A DNA stretch of 64,000 bases. Origin: an uncultured Verrucomicrobiae bacterium. Its GTDB lineage: Bacteria > Verrucomicrobiota > Verrucomicrobiia > Chthoniobacterales > UBA10450. Each line of letters opens with the position of its first letter. The stretch's first letter is position 1. The stretch is from contig CAVYXA010000003.1 of assembly GCA_963772365.1 (NCBI GenBank), forward strand, positions 256,001 to 320,000. Direction: 5' to 3'. Below are positions 10,598-18,270 of the stretch, one piece after another. Under the pieces are notes generated by a model, which saw only the letters and a program-made list of their open reading frames with translations, did not search any database and was not told the DNA's origin. The position numbers and the translations under genes were made by a program.

Positions 10598-10671
10598 CGG
10601 AGCCTACGGGGCTCGAACCCGCAACCTCCGCCGTGACAGGGCGGCGCTCTAACCAATTGAGCTAAGGCTCC
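10598..10671 (-). tRNA. tRNA-Asp (GTC), CCA not encoded
   Basis: Reverse complement GGAGCCTTAGCTCAATTGGTTAGAGCGCCGCCCTGTCACGGCGGAGGTTGCGGGTTCGAGCCCCGTAGGCTCCG folds as a cloverleaf with anticodon GTC. Confidence 0.97.
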
Positions 10672-10809
10672 TCGCAAAAAACGGAAGGCAGGGTAATCGC
10701 GGGACTGACTGCTTCAACTGATTTCTCCCGGTCGGAAGAATCTGTTCGTGCTGGAAGGTTCATTTTGATTCGGCAATTGACGAATCCTTTGCAGGCCGAA
10801 AGCATGGAA

Positions 10810-10823
10810 TGTTCTCTTGAACA
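10810..10823. promoter_or_regulatory. LexA (SOS) box, Verrucomicrobia type TGTTC-N4-GAACA
   Basis: Perfect TGTTC-TCTT-GAACA ending 30 nt before the imuB ATG; overlaps a TTGAAC -35-like hexamer followed by TGaTAACTT. Confidence 0.88.
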
Positions 10824-10853
10824 TATCAGCTTCTGCGTGATAACTTCGGGCGT

Positions 10854-11834
10854 ATGCCGACAAATCGCTCAAATCAGGATACCGCTGAATTCCAGCGGAT
10901 TTTGAAAATCCTTCATAAATGGGGAATTCAGACCCTCGGCCAACTTGCTGCGCTAGATAAGCAACAACTCGCCTCCCGTCTTGGATCGACAGCTGTCCAA
11001 ATGTGGGAGCGAGCCAATGGAAAATCGAGGCGTCAGCTTCGGCTAGTCCAGCCGCCGGAGTCATTCCAGGAGAGCTTCGAATTCGAGCATGAAATTGAAA
11101 CTGCCGAGCCGCTCCTGTTCATCCTGCGTCGTTTTCTAGAACAACTCGCTCGGCGGCTAAACGCCATTTATTTCGTCGCCGGTGAATTGAATCTGCGGAT
11201 TACATTCGCGACGAAACGAACTTACGAACGCGTCTTCAAAATCCCGCAACCCACCAATGACGTCGATCTTCTCTTTCGCATGCTCCAGACGCATCTGGAG
11301 AATTTCAAATCCGACCAGCCAATCGTAGCCGTTTCTCTCGAGGCCCAACGGTCCAAACCGACCAGACAACAATTTGGATTATTTGAAACCGCGCTTCGCA
11401 ATCCGCATCAGCTTTACGAAACACTGGCGCGGCTGACCGCGCTTCTCGGTTCAGATCGCCTGGGCACTCCGGTTCTGGAAGAAACCCATCGGCCGGATGC
11501 ATTTCGCATGGAGCATTTCGCGTGGGCTGTAGAGTCCGCTGTCCCCAGCGGAAAATCGCTCAATGCGCTGAGGACAGCGCACACTACACCGGCCCTGCGG
11601 CGATTTCGTCCCGCTGCGGCTGCATCCGTTTTTCAGTCGCAGGATCGACATCTCCAAAGCGAAAACATTTCCGGCAAAGTGATCGATCAAAGCGGGCCGT
11701 ATCTCCTTTCCGGAAATTGGTGGGACGAAAAATCGTGGGCCCGCGCCGAGTGGGACGCGGCGCTCGAGGATGGAACGCTATGCCGATCCTATCAAAATGA
11801 GAGCGGCTGGCATATCGAGGGGATTTATGACTGA
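10854..11834 (+). CDS. imuB: ImuB-like Y-family polymerase accessory protein, N-terminally shortened
   Basis: HhH thumb (LHKWGIQTLGQLAAL), little-finger region, clamp-binding QFGLF, C-terminal GPYLLSGNWWD...WHIEGIYD; immediately upstream of dnaE2. Confidence 0.8.
   Translation: MPTNRSNQDTAEFQRILKILHKWGIQTLGQLAALDKQQLASRLGSTAVQMWERANGKSRRQLRLVQPPESFQESFEFEHEIETAEPLLFILRRFLEQLARRLNAIYFVAGELNLRITFATKRTYERVFKIPQPTNDVDLLFRMLQTHLENFKSDQPIVAVSLEAQRSKPTRQQFGLFETALRNPHQLYETLARLTALLGSDRLGTPVLEETHRPDAFRMEHFAWAVESAVPSGKSLNALRTAHTTPALRRFRPAAAASVFQSQDRHLQSENISGKVIDQSGPYLLSGNWWDEKSWARAEWDAALEDGTLCRSYQNESGWHIEGIYD
11529..11587. repeat. GTAG-type REP doublet inside the imuB coding sequence
   Basis: GTAGAGTCCGCTGTCCCCAGCG ... 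CGCTGAGGACAGCGCACACTAC, inverted arms matching at 19/22 positions. Confidence 0.75.
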
Positions 11835-11843
11835 GAATGCAGA

Positions 11844-11934
11844 GTCATCCTGAGCGGAGTGCAGCGAAGTCGAAGGATCCCGCGAAGTTACCTTGAGGTT
11901 CATCACGGGATTCCTCGACTTCGCTCGGAATGAC
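11844..11934. repeat. Intergenic palindromic REP/MITE-like element (GTCATCCTGAGCG...CGCTCGGAATGAC type)
   Basis: Inverted ends GTCATCCTGAGCG / CGCTCGGAATGAC with internal CGAAGTCGAAGGATCCC / GGGATTCCTCGACTTCG arms. Confidence 0.8.
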
Positions 11935-11935
11935 C

Positions 11936-14900
11936 ATGCCCTACATCGAGCTTCACACCAAAAGCGCCTTCAGTTTTCTCCGCGGCGGTTCATTTCCCGA
12001 GCAACTTGCTGAAGTCGCAGCCGACTTGGAAATGCCTGCCATTGCGCTTTGCGATCGCGACGGAGTTTATGGTGCACAACGATTTTCCGTTGCTGCTCGT
12101 GAACACAATCTACGGCCGATCGTCGGCGCTGAATTGTCGATAGAAGACGGCATGATTTTGCCGGTGCTAGTCGAGAACCGAACCGGTTACAAAAATCTGT
12201 GCGAACTGCTCACCCAGGCGCATCTCCGCAGCGAAAAAGGAAAATGCGCAGTGAAATGGGATGAATTGTACCAATTCACGGAAGGTTTGGTCGCGCTCTT
12301 TGGATTGGGGTGCACTCCCCGGAATTCCGTCGAACGCGTGCAGTTTCTAATCAATGCTTTTGGGCGTGGCAATGTTTTCGTCGAAATCCAGCGGCATTTC
12401 ATTCGCGGCGAGGAACAGATCAATCGCGCGCTAGTCGATCTTGCTCGCGCATATCGATTGTCGATCCTTGCCACCAACGGCGTTCAATACGCCAAGCCCT
12501 ACGGGCGCGAAGTGCTGGACGTGTTCACGTGTATTCGCGAGCACACCCATCTCGATGCCGCCGGCAAGTTGCTCACCCAAAACGCCGAGCGCCATCTTAA
12601 GAGCGATCGCGAAATGCGAGCCATTTTCGCGGATTTCCCCGAAGCAATCGAGAACACGTCCCGCCTTGCTGACCGGCTCACATTTTCACTCGAAAACATC
12701 GGTTACGAGTTTCCCTCTTATCCGGTCCCGGCCGGCCACAACATGGATTCGTTTCTGCGGACGATCGTCTGGTTCGGTGCGCAACAGCGTTACGCCGCAG
12801 TCAGCACGTCGGTGAAACGGAAACTCGAAGAGGAACTCGCGCTGATCACGAAGCTCGGGTTTGCCGGATATTTCCTGATTGTCTGGGACATCATCAATTT
12901 CTGTCGTGAACACAACATCATGGTTCAGGGTCGGGGCAGTGCCGCGAACAGCGCGGTTTGTTATTGTCTCGGAATTACGCCGGTTGATCCGGTGAGCAAT
13001 CATTTGGTCTTTGAGCGTTTTCTAAACGAGAGCCGCAAAGGCTGGCCCGACATCGATCTCGATTTACCCAGCGGCGATCGACGCGAAGCGGTGATTCAGG
13101 AAATTTATCGGCGCTACGGCAAACATGGCGCGGCCATGACCGCAAACGTGATCAGTTATCGCGGACGAAGCGCCGCCCGCGAGATTGGCAAAGCGCTGAA
13201 TTTTTCGCCGAATATTCTCGATCGATTTTCGCACCTGTTCGCCAATGGCGATTTCCCGCACACGATGGAGTTGGAAGCGCAAATCGAGCAAGCCGGTTTA
13301 CCGAAAGATCATCCGCGAATGCCGGCGTTCGTCCGGTTGTATCACGCCATCTACGGTTTGCCGCGCCATCTCGGTCAGCATTCCGGCGGGATGATTATTT
13401 GCCAGGACAAACTCAGCTCATTCGTCCCGCTCGAGAATGCATCGATGCCCGGCCGGGTTGTCGCGCAATGGGACAAGGACGATTGCGAAGATCTCGGCAT
13501 CGTGAAAGTCGATCTGCTCGGGCTGGGGATGATGTCAGTGATGCAGGACGCGTTCGAGCTTTGCCGGGAACGGGGGCGACCTCTCGATCTAGCTCACATT
13601 CCAAAAAATGACGCCGCTACTTTCGAGATCATGCAAAACGCCGACACGATTGGCGTTTTTCAAATCGAGAGCCGCGCCCAGATGGCGACTTTGCCGCGAA
13701 TGAAACCGAAATGTTTTTACGATGTGGTGATCGAAGTTGCGATCATTCGACCCGGGCCGATCCAGGGCGACATGGTTCATCCATATCTGGCGCGGCGGGC
13801 TGGGAAGGAAAACGTCACCTATTTCGACGATCGATTGAAACCAGTGCTCGAACGCACGCTAGGGGTTCCGCTTTTTCAGGAGCAGATGCTCAAGATCGCA
13901 ATGGTGATGGCAGATTTTTCCGGGGACGAAGCAGAAGAATTACGACGCGCATTGAGTTTTCATCGCTCTGAAGAGCGAATGAACAAAGTTTGCGCGAAAT
14001 TGCGGACGGCGATGGAGCGCAAAAACATCGCGCCGGACAAGATCGACAAAATCATTCAATCAATTAGCTCTTTCGCTCTTTATGGATTTCCCGAATCGCA
14101 CGCAATCAGTTTCGCGATTTTGGCTTATGGCAGTGCGTATCTGAAAGTGCATCGGGCTCCGGAGTTTTACGCCAGCCTGCTCAATAATCAGCCGATGGGC
14201 TTCTATACCCCGGCCACGATTGTCAAAGACGCGCAGCGGCACGGAGTGAAAATCCGTCCGGTTTGCGTCCAGCAATCTGAATGGCGTTGCGCGATCGTCT
14301 CGAACAATCGGCCCTTACCTTCATCCTCTCTCTGGCCAGGGAGAGGCGGACCAGCCTCCGCCCGGCTACGACTCGGCAAGCGCGAAGCGCCGGTGAGGGT
14401 CAGTGAAGCTATCCGCTTGGGATTTTGCGTGGTGAGCGGATTGAATCAAAATCACGGGGAAGAGATCGTCCGTCAGCGGCAAGATCGACAATTCGATTCG
14501 CTGGAAGATTTCAAGCGGCGCGTCCCGCTTTCAAAAGATGAGCTGCGCAATTTGGCCGAGCTTGGTGCGCTCAATTGTTTCGCTAAACATCGCCGCGCCG
14601 CGATGTGGCGAGTGGAAGAAACGACGCGTGATGATCTGCTGGGGAGCGCACGCTTTCAGCGTGCTGGCGAATGCATTTTGCATTCGCGAACTTTCGAAAG
14701 TCCGTTTCGGCAGAATGCCGAAACCAGCACGCCAGAGGCGCGCGCTCCCCAGAATTCCGAGTCGCTGCTCAAGCGAATGACGATGCTCGAACGCGTAAAA
14801 GCCGATTACGAAACCATGAATCTCACGACCGGACCGCATCCGATGAAACTGCTGCGCACGCAATTACCGAACATTTGGCGGGCAATCGATCTGGCGCGAG

Positions 14901-15190
14901 CGAAACACGGATCGACAATTCAGATCGCGGGCAACGTGATTTGCCGCCAGCGTCCCGGGACAGCGAAAGGCTTTGTGTTCATCAGTCTTGAGGATGAGAC
15001 CGGCGTTTCCAACGCCATTGTCGATCCTGATTTATTTGAGCGATTTCGCCTTCTGATCACGGAAGAATCATTCCTTATCATCGAAGGGGAAGTGCAAAAC
15101 TCCGACGGTGTCGTGTTGATCAAAACCCGCCAGATCAAACCTCTCGCGCATGAAAGACTCATCGGAAGCGAGTCGCACGATTTTCGATAA
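11936..15190 (+). CDS. dnaE2: Error-prone DNA polymerase DnaE2 (ImuC)
   Basis: PHP domain YIELHTKSAFSFLRG, GRGSAANSAVCY, PDIDLD, PRHLGQHSGG, RQRPGTAKG, C-terminal SHDFR motif. Confidence 0.96.
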   Translation: MPYIELHTKSAFSFLRGGSFPEQLAEVAADLEMPAIALCDRDGVYGAQRFSVAAREHNLRPIVGAELSIEDGMILPVLVENRTGYKNLCELLTQAHLRSEKGKCAVKWDELYQFTEGLVALFGLGCTPRNSVERVQFLINAFGRGNVFVEIQRHFIRGEEQINRALVDLARAYRLSILATNGVQYAKPYGREVLDVFTCIREHTHLDAAGKLLTQNAERHLKSDREMRAIFADFPEAIENTSRLADRLTFSLENIGYEFPSYPVPAGHNMDSFLRTIVWFGAQQRYAAVSTSVKRKLEEELALITKLGFAGYFLIVWDIINFCREHNIMVQGRGSAANSAVCYCLGITPVDPVSNHLVFERFLNESRKGWPDIDLDLPSGDRREAVIQEIYRRYGKHGAAMTANVISYRGRSAAREIGKALNFSPNILDRFSHLFANGDFPHTMELEAQIEQAGLPKDHPRMPAFVRLYHAIYGLPRHLGQHSGGMIICQDKLSSFVPLENASMPGRVVAQWDKDDCEDLGIVKVDLLGLGMMSVMQDAFELCRERGRPLDLAHIPKNDAATFEIMQNADTIGVFQIESRAQMATLPRMKPKCFYDVVIEVAIIRPGPIQGDMVHPYLARRAGKENVTYFDDRLKPVLERTLGVPLFQEQMLKIAMVMADFSGDEAEELRRALSFHRSEERMNKVCAKLRTAMERKNIAPDKIDKIIQSISSFALYGFPESHAISFAILAYGSAYLKVHRAPEFYASLLNNQPMGFYTPATIVKDAQRHGVKIRPVCVQQSEWRCAIVSNNRPLPSSSLWPGRGGPASARLRLGKREAPVRVSEAIRLGFCVVSGLNQNHGEEIVRQRQDRQFDSLEDFKRRVPLSKDELRNLAELGALNCFAKHRRAAMWRVEETTRDDLLGSARFQRAGECILHSRTFESPFRQNAETSTPEARAPQNSESLLKRMTMLERVKADYETMNLTTGPHPMKLLRTQLPNIWRAIDLARAKHGSTIQIAGNVICRQRPGTAKGFVFISLEDETGVSNAIVDPDLFERFRLLITEESFLIIEGEVQNSDGVVLIKTRQIKPLAHERLIGSESHDFR
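14310..14401. repeat. Composite palindromic element inside dnaE2
   Basis: Ends GGCCCTTACC / GGTGAGGGTC, inner hairpin CCTCTCTCTGGCCAGGGAGAGG, nested GCCTCCGCCCGGCTACGACTCGGCAAGC segment; translates to a non-polymerase-like insert. Confidence 0.7.
14639..14752. repeat. 114-nt multi-hairpin palindromic element inserted in frame in dnaE2
   Basis: Terminal IR CTGGGGAGCGCACGC / GCGCGCGCTCCCCAG, inner IR GCGTGCTGG / CCAGCACGC, two internal hairpins. Confidence 0.85.
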
Positions 15191-15244
15191 CCCCAGTAAA
15201 ACCGTTGCAATCTTAAACCGGCGCGGAAATATCTTGGTATCCGC

Positions 15245-16237
15245 ATGGCTATCTCGAATCTCTTCATTATTGGCGCAGGCTTCACAAAGGCCGTGTTTCC
15301 ATCCGCTCCTCTAAATGACGATTTCCTAACTCAGGTCGTTGGACCTGAGCCAAATGATTCCCCCTTGGGACAGGTTTGGTCAGAATACAAACTGTCGAAT
15401 ATCGAAACGCTGCTCACTCGATTGGATCTTGATCTGCTGACGGGGAGAAGTCGGTTTAATCAAGATGACCGGGATGCTGTCAGCAATCAGCTGGCCGATT
15501 TTGTTAGTCGTTTCAGGTTCGCGCACGATGTGGAATGGCTCCGCCCACTTACTCAGATCATCGCTGACAATGATGTCATCGTTTCGCTGAACTATGATTG
15601 CTTCTTAGAAGGTTTTCTTGATTTTCACGGAGTTTGGAGCCCGAACGGCGGTTATCACATCATTGAGAACGAATTATCCAAGGGTTCGCTTCCCGACAAT
15701 CAGCGCAACATTCAAATCCTTAAGATTCATGGGTCCGAAAGTTTCCGACGATCGGCGTTTCTCGATAAACCAGAATGGCGGACGATTGGCTTACGAATTA
15801 ACTCGGGATTATTTCCAAGGTCAGGGAAGAATATAGATTTTGGATGTAGCCCTGACGACGGTGCATACGTAATTGCGCCATCGTTCGCGAAACAATTCAA
15901 CGTGGAACTTCAATGCCTGCTTTTGGATGCGACGCGATTCGCCAGGATTGCGAGGCACCTAATCATCATTGGGTCTGGATTGCGCCGTGAAGACAACTAT
16001 CTCTGGTTGGTGCTGGCTAGCTTCATGTTCATGAACGATCCGTCGTGGAGGGAGAAACGAACATTTATTGTCAGTCCGCGCGCATCTGAGATAGCGAAAC
16101 GAATCGAGAATTTCTGGAGCAGAAAAATCTTTTCGCAACAAAACCTCATCGCGATTGATTCCGGCTTTCAATCCGGAATTTCCCGGCTTCACGAGAAACT
16201 CCGCGATGCCAAGAACGCACCGACAAACAGTTTGTGA
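15245..16237 (+). CDS. SIR2-like (SIR2_2) domain protein
   Basis: IIGAGFT, SLNYDCFLE, LKIHGS, IIIGSGL motifs in the expected order. Confidence 0.75.
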   Translation: MAISNLFIIGAGFTKAVFPSAPLNDDFLTQVVGPEPNDSPLGQVWSEYKLSNIETLLTRLDLDLLTGRSRFNQDDRDAVSNQLADFVSRFRFAHDVEWLRPLTQIIADNDVIVSLNYDCFLEGFLDFHGVWSPNGGYHIIENELSKGSLPDNQRNIQILKIHGSESFRRSAFLDKPEWRTIGLRINSGLFPRSGKNIDFGCSPDDGAYVIAPSFAKQFNVELQCLLLDATRFARIARHLIIIGSGLRREDNYLWLVLASFMFMNDPSWREKRTFIVSPRASEIAKRIENFWSRKIFSQQNLIAIDSGFQSGISRLHEKLRDAKNAPTNSL

Positions 16238-16662
16238 AGCACAGCAGCAACGGCGAGCGTTCACCAGTGCTTCCAAAAAACAGGAGCAAAGTGGCCCTTT
16301 ACGTCGGCCGGTTAGTCGCGCTGTTGGTGCTATCCGCTGCTGTGGCAGCGCCGCCAGCGTTCAATTTCGGCTACTCAGCGCGCAGCTACGCGCGACACGC
16401 TTCGCATTCTCACGACTTTTACGTCCTGCTGCGGTGGGTCTGCTGTGGCGTTTTCGCGTATTCGGCGTTTACCGCGTTTCGAATGAAGCGCGCAGCGTGG
16501 GCGTGGACTTTTGGGATTCTGGCCGTCCTGTTTAATCCACTTGCGCCGGTTTATCTTCAAAGAGCGACGTGGCAGATCATAGATTCAGGTGCAATCGTTC
16601 TAATCGTGATCGCGGCGATCTCTTTCTGGCGATCGTCGAAAACGAAAATGCCGCCGACCTGA
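16234..16662 (+). CDS. Small membrane protein (DUF6804-like)
   Basis: FYVLLRWVCC ... ILAVLFNPLAPVYLQRATWQIID pattern, about 4 TM segments. Confidence 0.7.
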   Translation: MKHSSNGERSPVLPKNRSKVALYVGRLVALLVLSAAVAAPPAFNFGYSARSYARHASHSHDFYVLLRWVCCGVFAYSAFTAFRMKRAAWAWTFGILAVLFNPLAPVYLQRATWQIIDSGAIVLIVIAAISFWRSSKTKMPPT

Positions 16663-16673
16663 GATTGCACTAC

Positions 16674-16811
16674 ATGAAACATTACATCCTTCTTTCCGTC
16701 GAAGTGCCAGCACAAACCGAGGACGCGAAACACAGCAAGTGGTTGACTCTTGAAGCGCGGCTCGAACGAATTATTCCTGTCCGAAAAGGCGCAGCAGGCG
16801 TCCGAGCCTGA
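16674..16811 (+). CDS. Small hypothetical ORF (45 aa), possibly a truncated gene
   Basis: ATG 16674, MKHYILLSVEVPAQ...; runs into the antitoxin-like remnant. Confidence 0.3.
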   Translation: MKHYILLSVEVPAQTEDAKHSKWLTLEARLERIIPVRKGAAGVRA

Positions 16812-16863
16812 GAAACTTCTTATGATGGAGGAACTGTGAGCGGAATTGGCCGAGGACAAGGAT
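16807..16863 (+). pseudogene. Remnant of an addiction-module antitoxin component
   Basis: Reads PEKLLMMEEL*AELAEDKD, resembling the EKLxLMExLWxxL motif with W changed to TGA. Confidence 0.4.
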
Positions 16864-16881
16864 CAACGAAATAAATGCGAG

Positions 16882-17529
16882 CTAAACAGGGAGCTCCCGA
16901 ACCCATCTATAGAAAGGTACGAGCTTGCCTTCGAATCGGACGTCCTGCGGTGTGAGATATCCAAAGTCTCTGTTCTTCGACTCTAGGAACTCAAGTGCTT
17001 TCGCGCACTCTTTAAGTGCGATTATAGCTGTGAGCCGGTCTATTCGGTTTGGAAAAACATCTAGCTTTAATTTGCGAGTCGTTCGCGATGCAAGGTCGAC
17101 ATTCTTGTCGAATTTCGTGTCGCCGTAACCTGGTAACCGCGCAGGCGGTTGAGCGAATCTAAGGTCATTCCCTGTCCAGTAAATTTTAGCACTCCATAGG
17201 TGCGAATGTGCTATTGCGTCGCGGACGACGAATATTTCCTCGATCTTATCGGCTATATCGTCTTCGCCTAAATTCCGAAGCGTATCGACCGCTGAAGCTC
17301 GTTTCTTACCTGACCCAGATACATAGCGAGCCCGGGCGCATGCGCCTTCGAGAAGAAACGCGGCGAGTGCAATAATTGAAACTGCGTATCCGTTTTCACG
17401 CGGGGCCGCCTGCACCTCGTTTGGTTCTCCGGAGTGAAGCTGAAGCATGCGTTCGCAAAGATCGCTAATCGGCTGAAGCAGATGAACGAAGACTGCGCTA
17501 ACATAATCATGTGTCTCAGTCGCTGACAT
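16882..17529 (-). CDS. Hypothetical protein with HEPN-like RxxxxH motif; probable start ATG 17529
   Basis: Helical, with SIIALAAFLLE followed by VRDAIAH. Confidence 0.55.
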   Translation of the reverse strand: MSATETHDYVSAVFVHLLQPISDLCERMLQLHSGEPNEVQAAPRENGYAVSIIALAAFLLEGACARARYVSGSGKKRASAVDTLRNLGEDDIADKIEEIFVVRDAIAHSHLWSAKIYWTGNDLRFAQPPARLPGYGDTKFDKNVDLASRTTRKLKLDVFPNRIDRLTAIIALKECAKALEFLESKNRDFGYLTPQDVRFEGKLVPFYRWVRELPV

Positions 17530-17599
17530 GGATTTCGATTGAATAACATCTTTGGTGCTGCAGCGTTTGAGCAAGGGGGGCGAGCTATTTGGTTTCGGT

Positions 17600-18079
17600 T
17601 CAAAGCCCATGAGTCGCCCAAATTTCGTAATCGCTAATAGGCCATCTCGGCCCATACTTAATATCGAAGCCCGCGGCGATCAGTTTTTTTCCAAAAGGCT
17701 CGACGTGATCATCGCCACAAACGAAAAGTACGTTTCTGTTTTTGCAGTCCCGAATTCGTGAAAGCCAAAATTGTTCACGCTTATCCGAATCGGATTGTTC
17801 AATTCTATTTTGTTCTTTTTCAGCGGGACAAGGGTCACAGAAGCGATGTTCAATCACATTGGCTTTTGCTAACTGCTCAAGTACTGATTCGGTCACTCCC
17901 CATTTCATTTTGGCTTGGTCGCTAAACTCTTCCGCCAAGATTGAAATGCCAAATTTTGGGATGACTTTGACTTCTAAAACGTGAGCTTTGAATGATGCTC
18001 TTTTGTCTCGAACAATTTTTGCGACGTGCGGGGCCGGGTCGAACTGAACGGCATGGTTAACTCCGATTACATACACCAT
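17600..18079 (-). CDS. Hypothetical protein, possible EreA/ChaN/TraB-like fold
   Basis: VYVIGVNH, ILAEE, REQFW, VLFVCGDDH pattern. Confidence 0.55.
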   Translation of the reverse strand: MVYVIGVNHAVQFDPAPHVAKIVRDKRASFKAHVLEVKVIPKFGISILAEEFSDQAKMKWGVTESVLEQLAKANVIEHRFCDPCPAEKEQNRIEQSDSDKREQFWLSRIRDCKNRNVLFVCGDDHVEPFGKKLIAAGFDIKYGPRWPISDYEIWATHGL

Positions 18080-18144
18080 ATTGAATTCTGCAGAGATGAT
18101 ACCGGGGCACGGAGGACAGAGAGGGAGTTGCTACCTGCGTAAAA

Positions 18145-18270
18145 TCACTCCCCGGCGTGATGGGGCTCCGGCGTTTTTGGTTCGGTCTGTTTTTCAGCTG
18201 GTTTTTGATCGGAGTCGATCCAGTCGGTGTGAAAAACGCCGGGCTTATTCGACGCGTTCGCAGAAATGCG
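18145..18270 (-). pseudogene. Orphaned second copy of the gnd 3' end (about 40 codons)
   Basis: After removing one extra base it encodes ERVDKPGVFHTDWIDSDQKPAEKQTEPKTPEPHHAGE*, 33/37 identical to the C-terminus of the intact gnd. Confidence 0.92.

Noticed and set aside
10598..10860. Prophage or ICE integrated at tRNA-Asp
   Set aside because: No duplicated tRNA 3' end and no integrase nearby
14310..14752. Inteins or introns in dnaE2
   Set aside because: The inserts are far too short and lack intein splice residues; they are explained by DNA palindromes
16405..16422. SHDFY in the small membrane protein as a duplicate of the dnaE2 end (SHDFR)
   Set aside because: Only four residues match and they fall in the normal motif region of that membrane family; likely coincidence
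18057..18244. C-terminal extension of ORF6N and its 18968 start as given in the ORF track
   Set aside because: The extension is out-of-frame read-through of the orphan gnd tail caused by one extra base; the upstream start lies inside gnd
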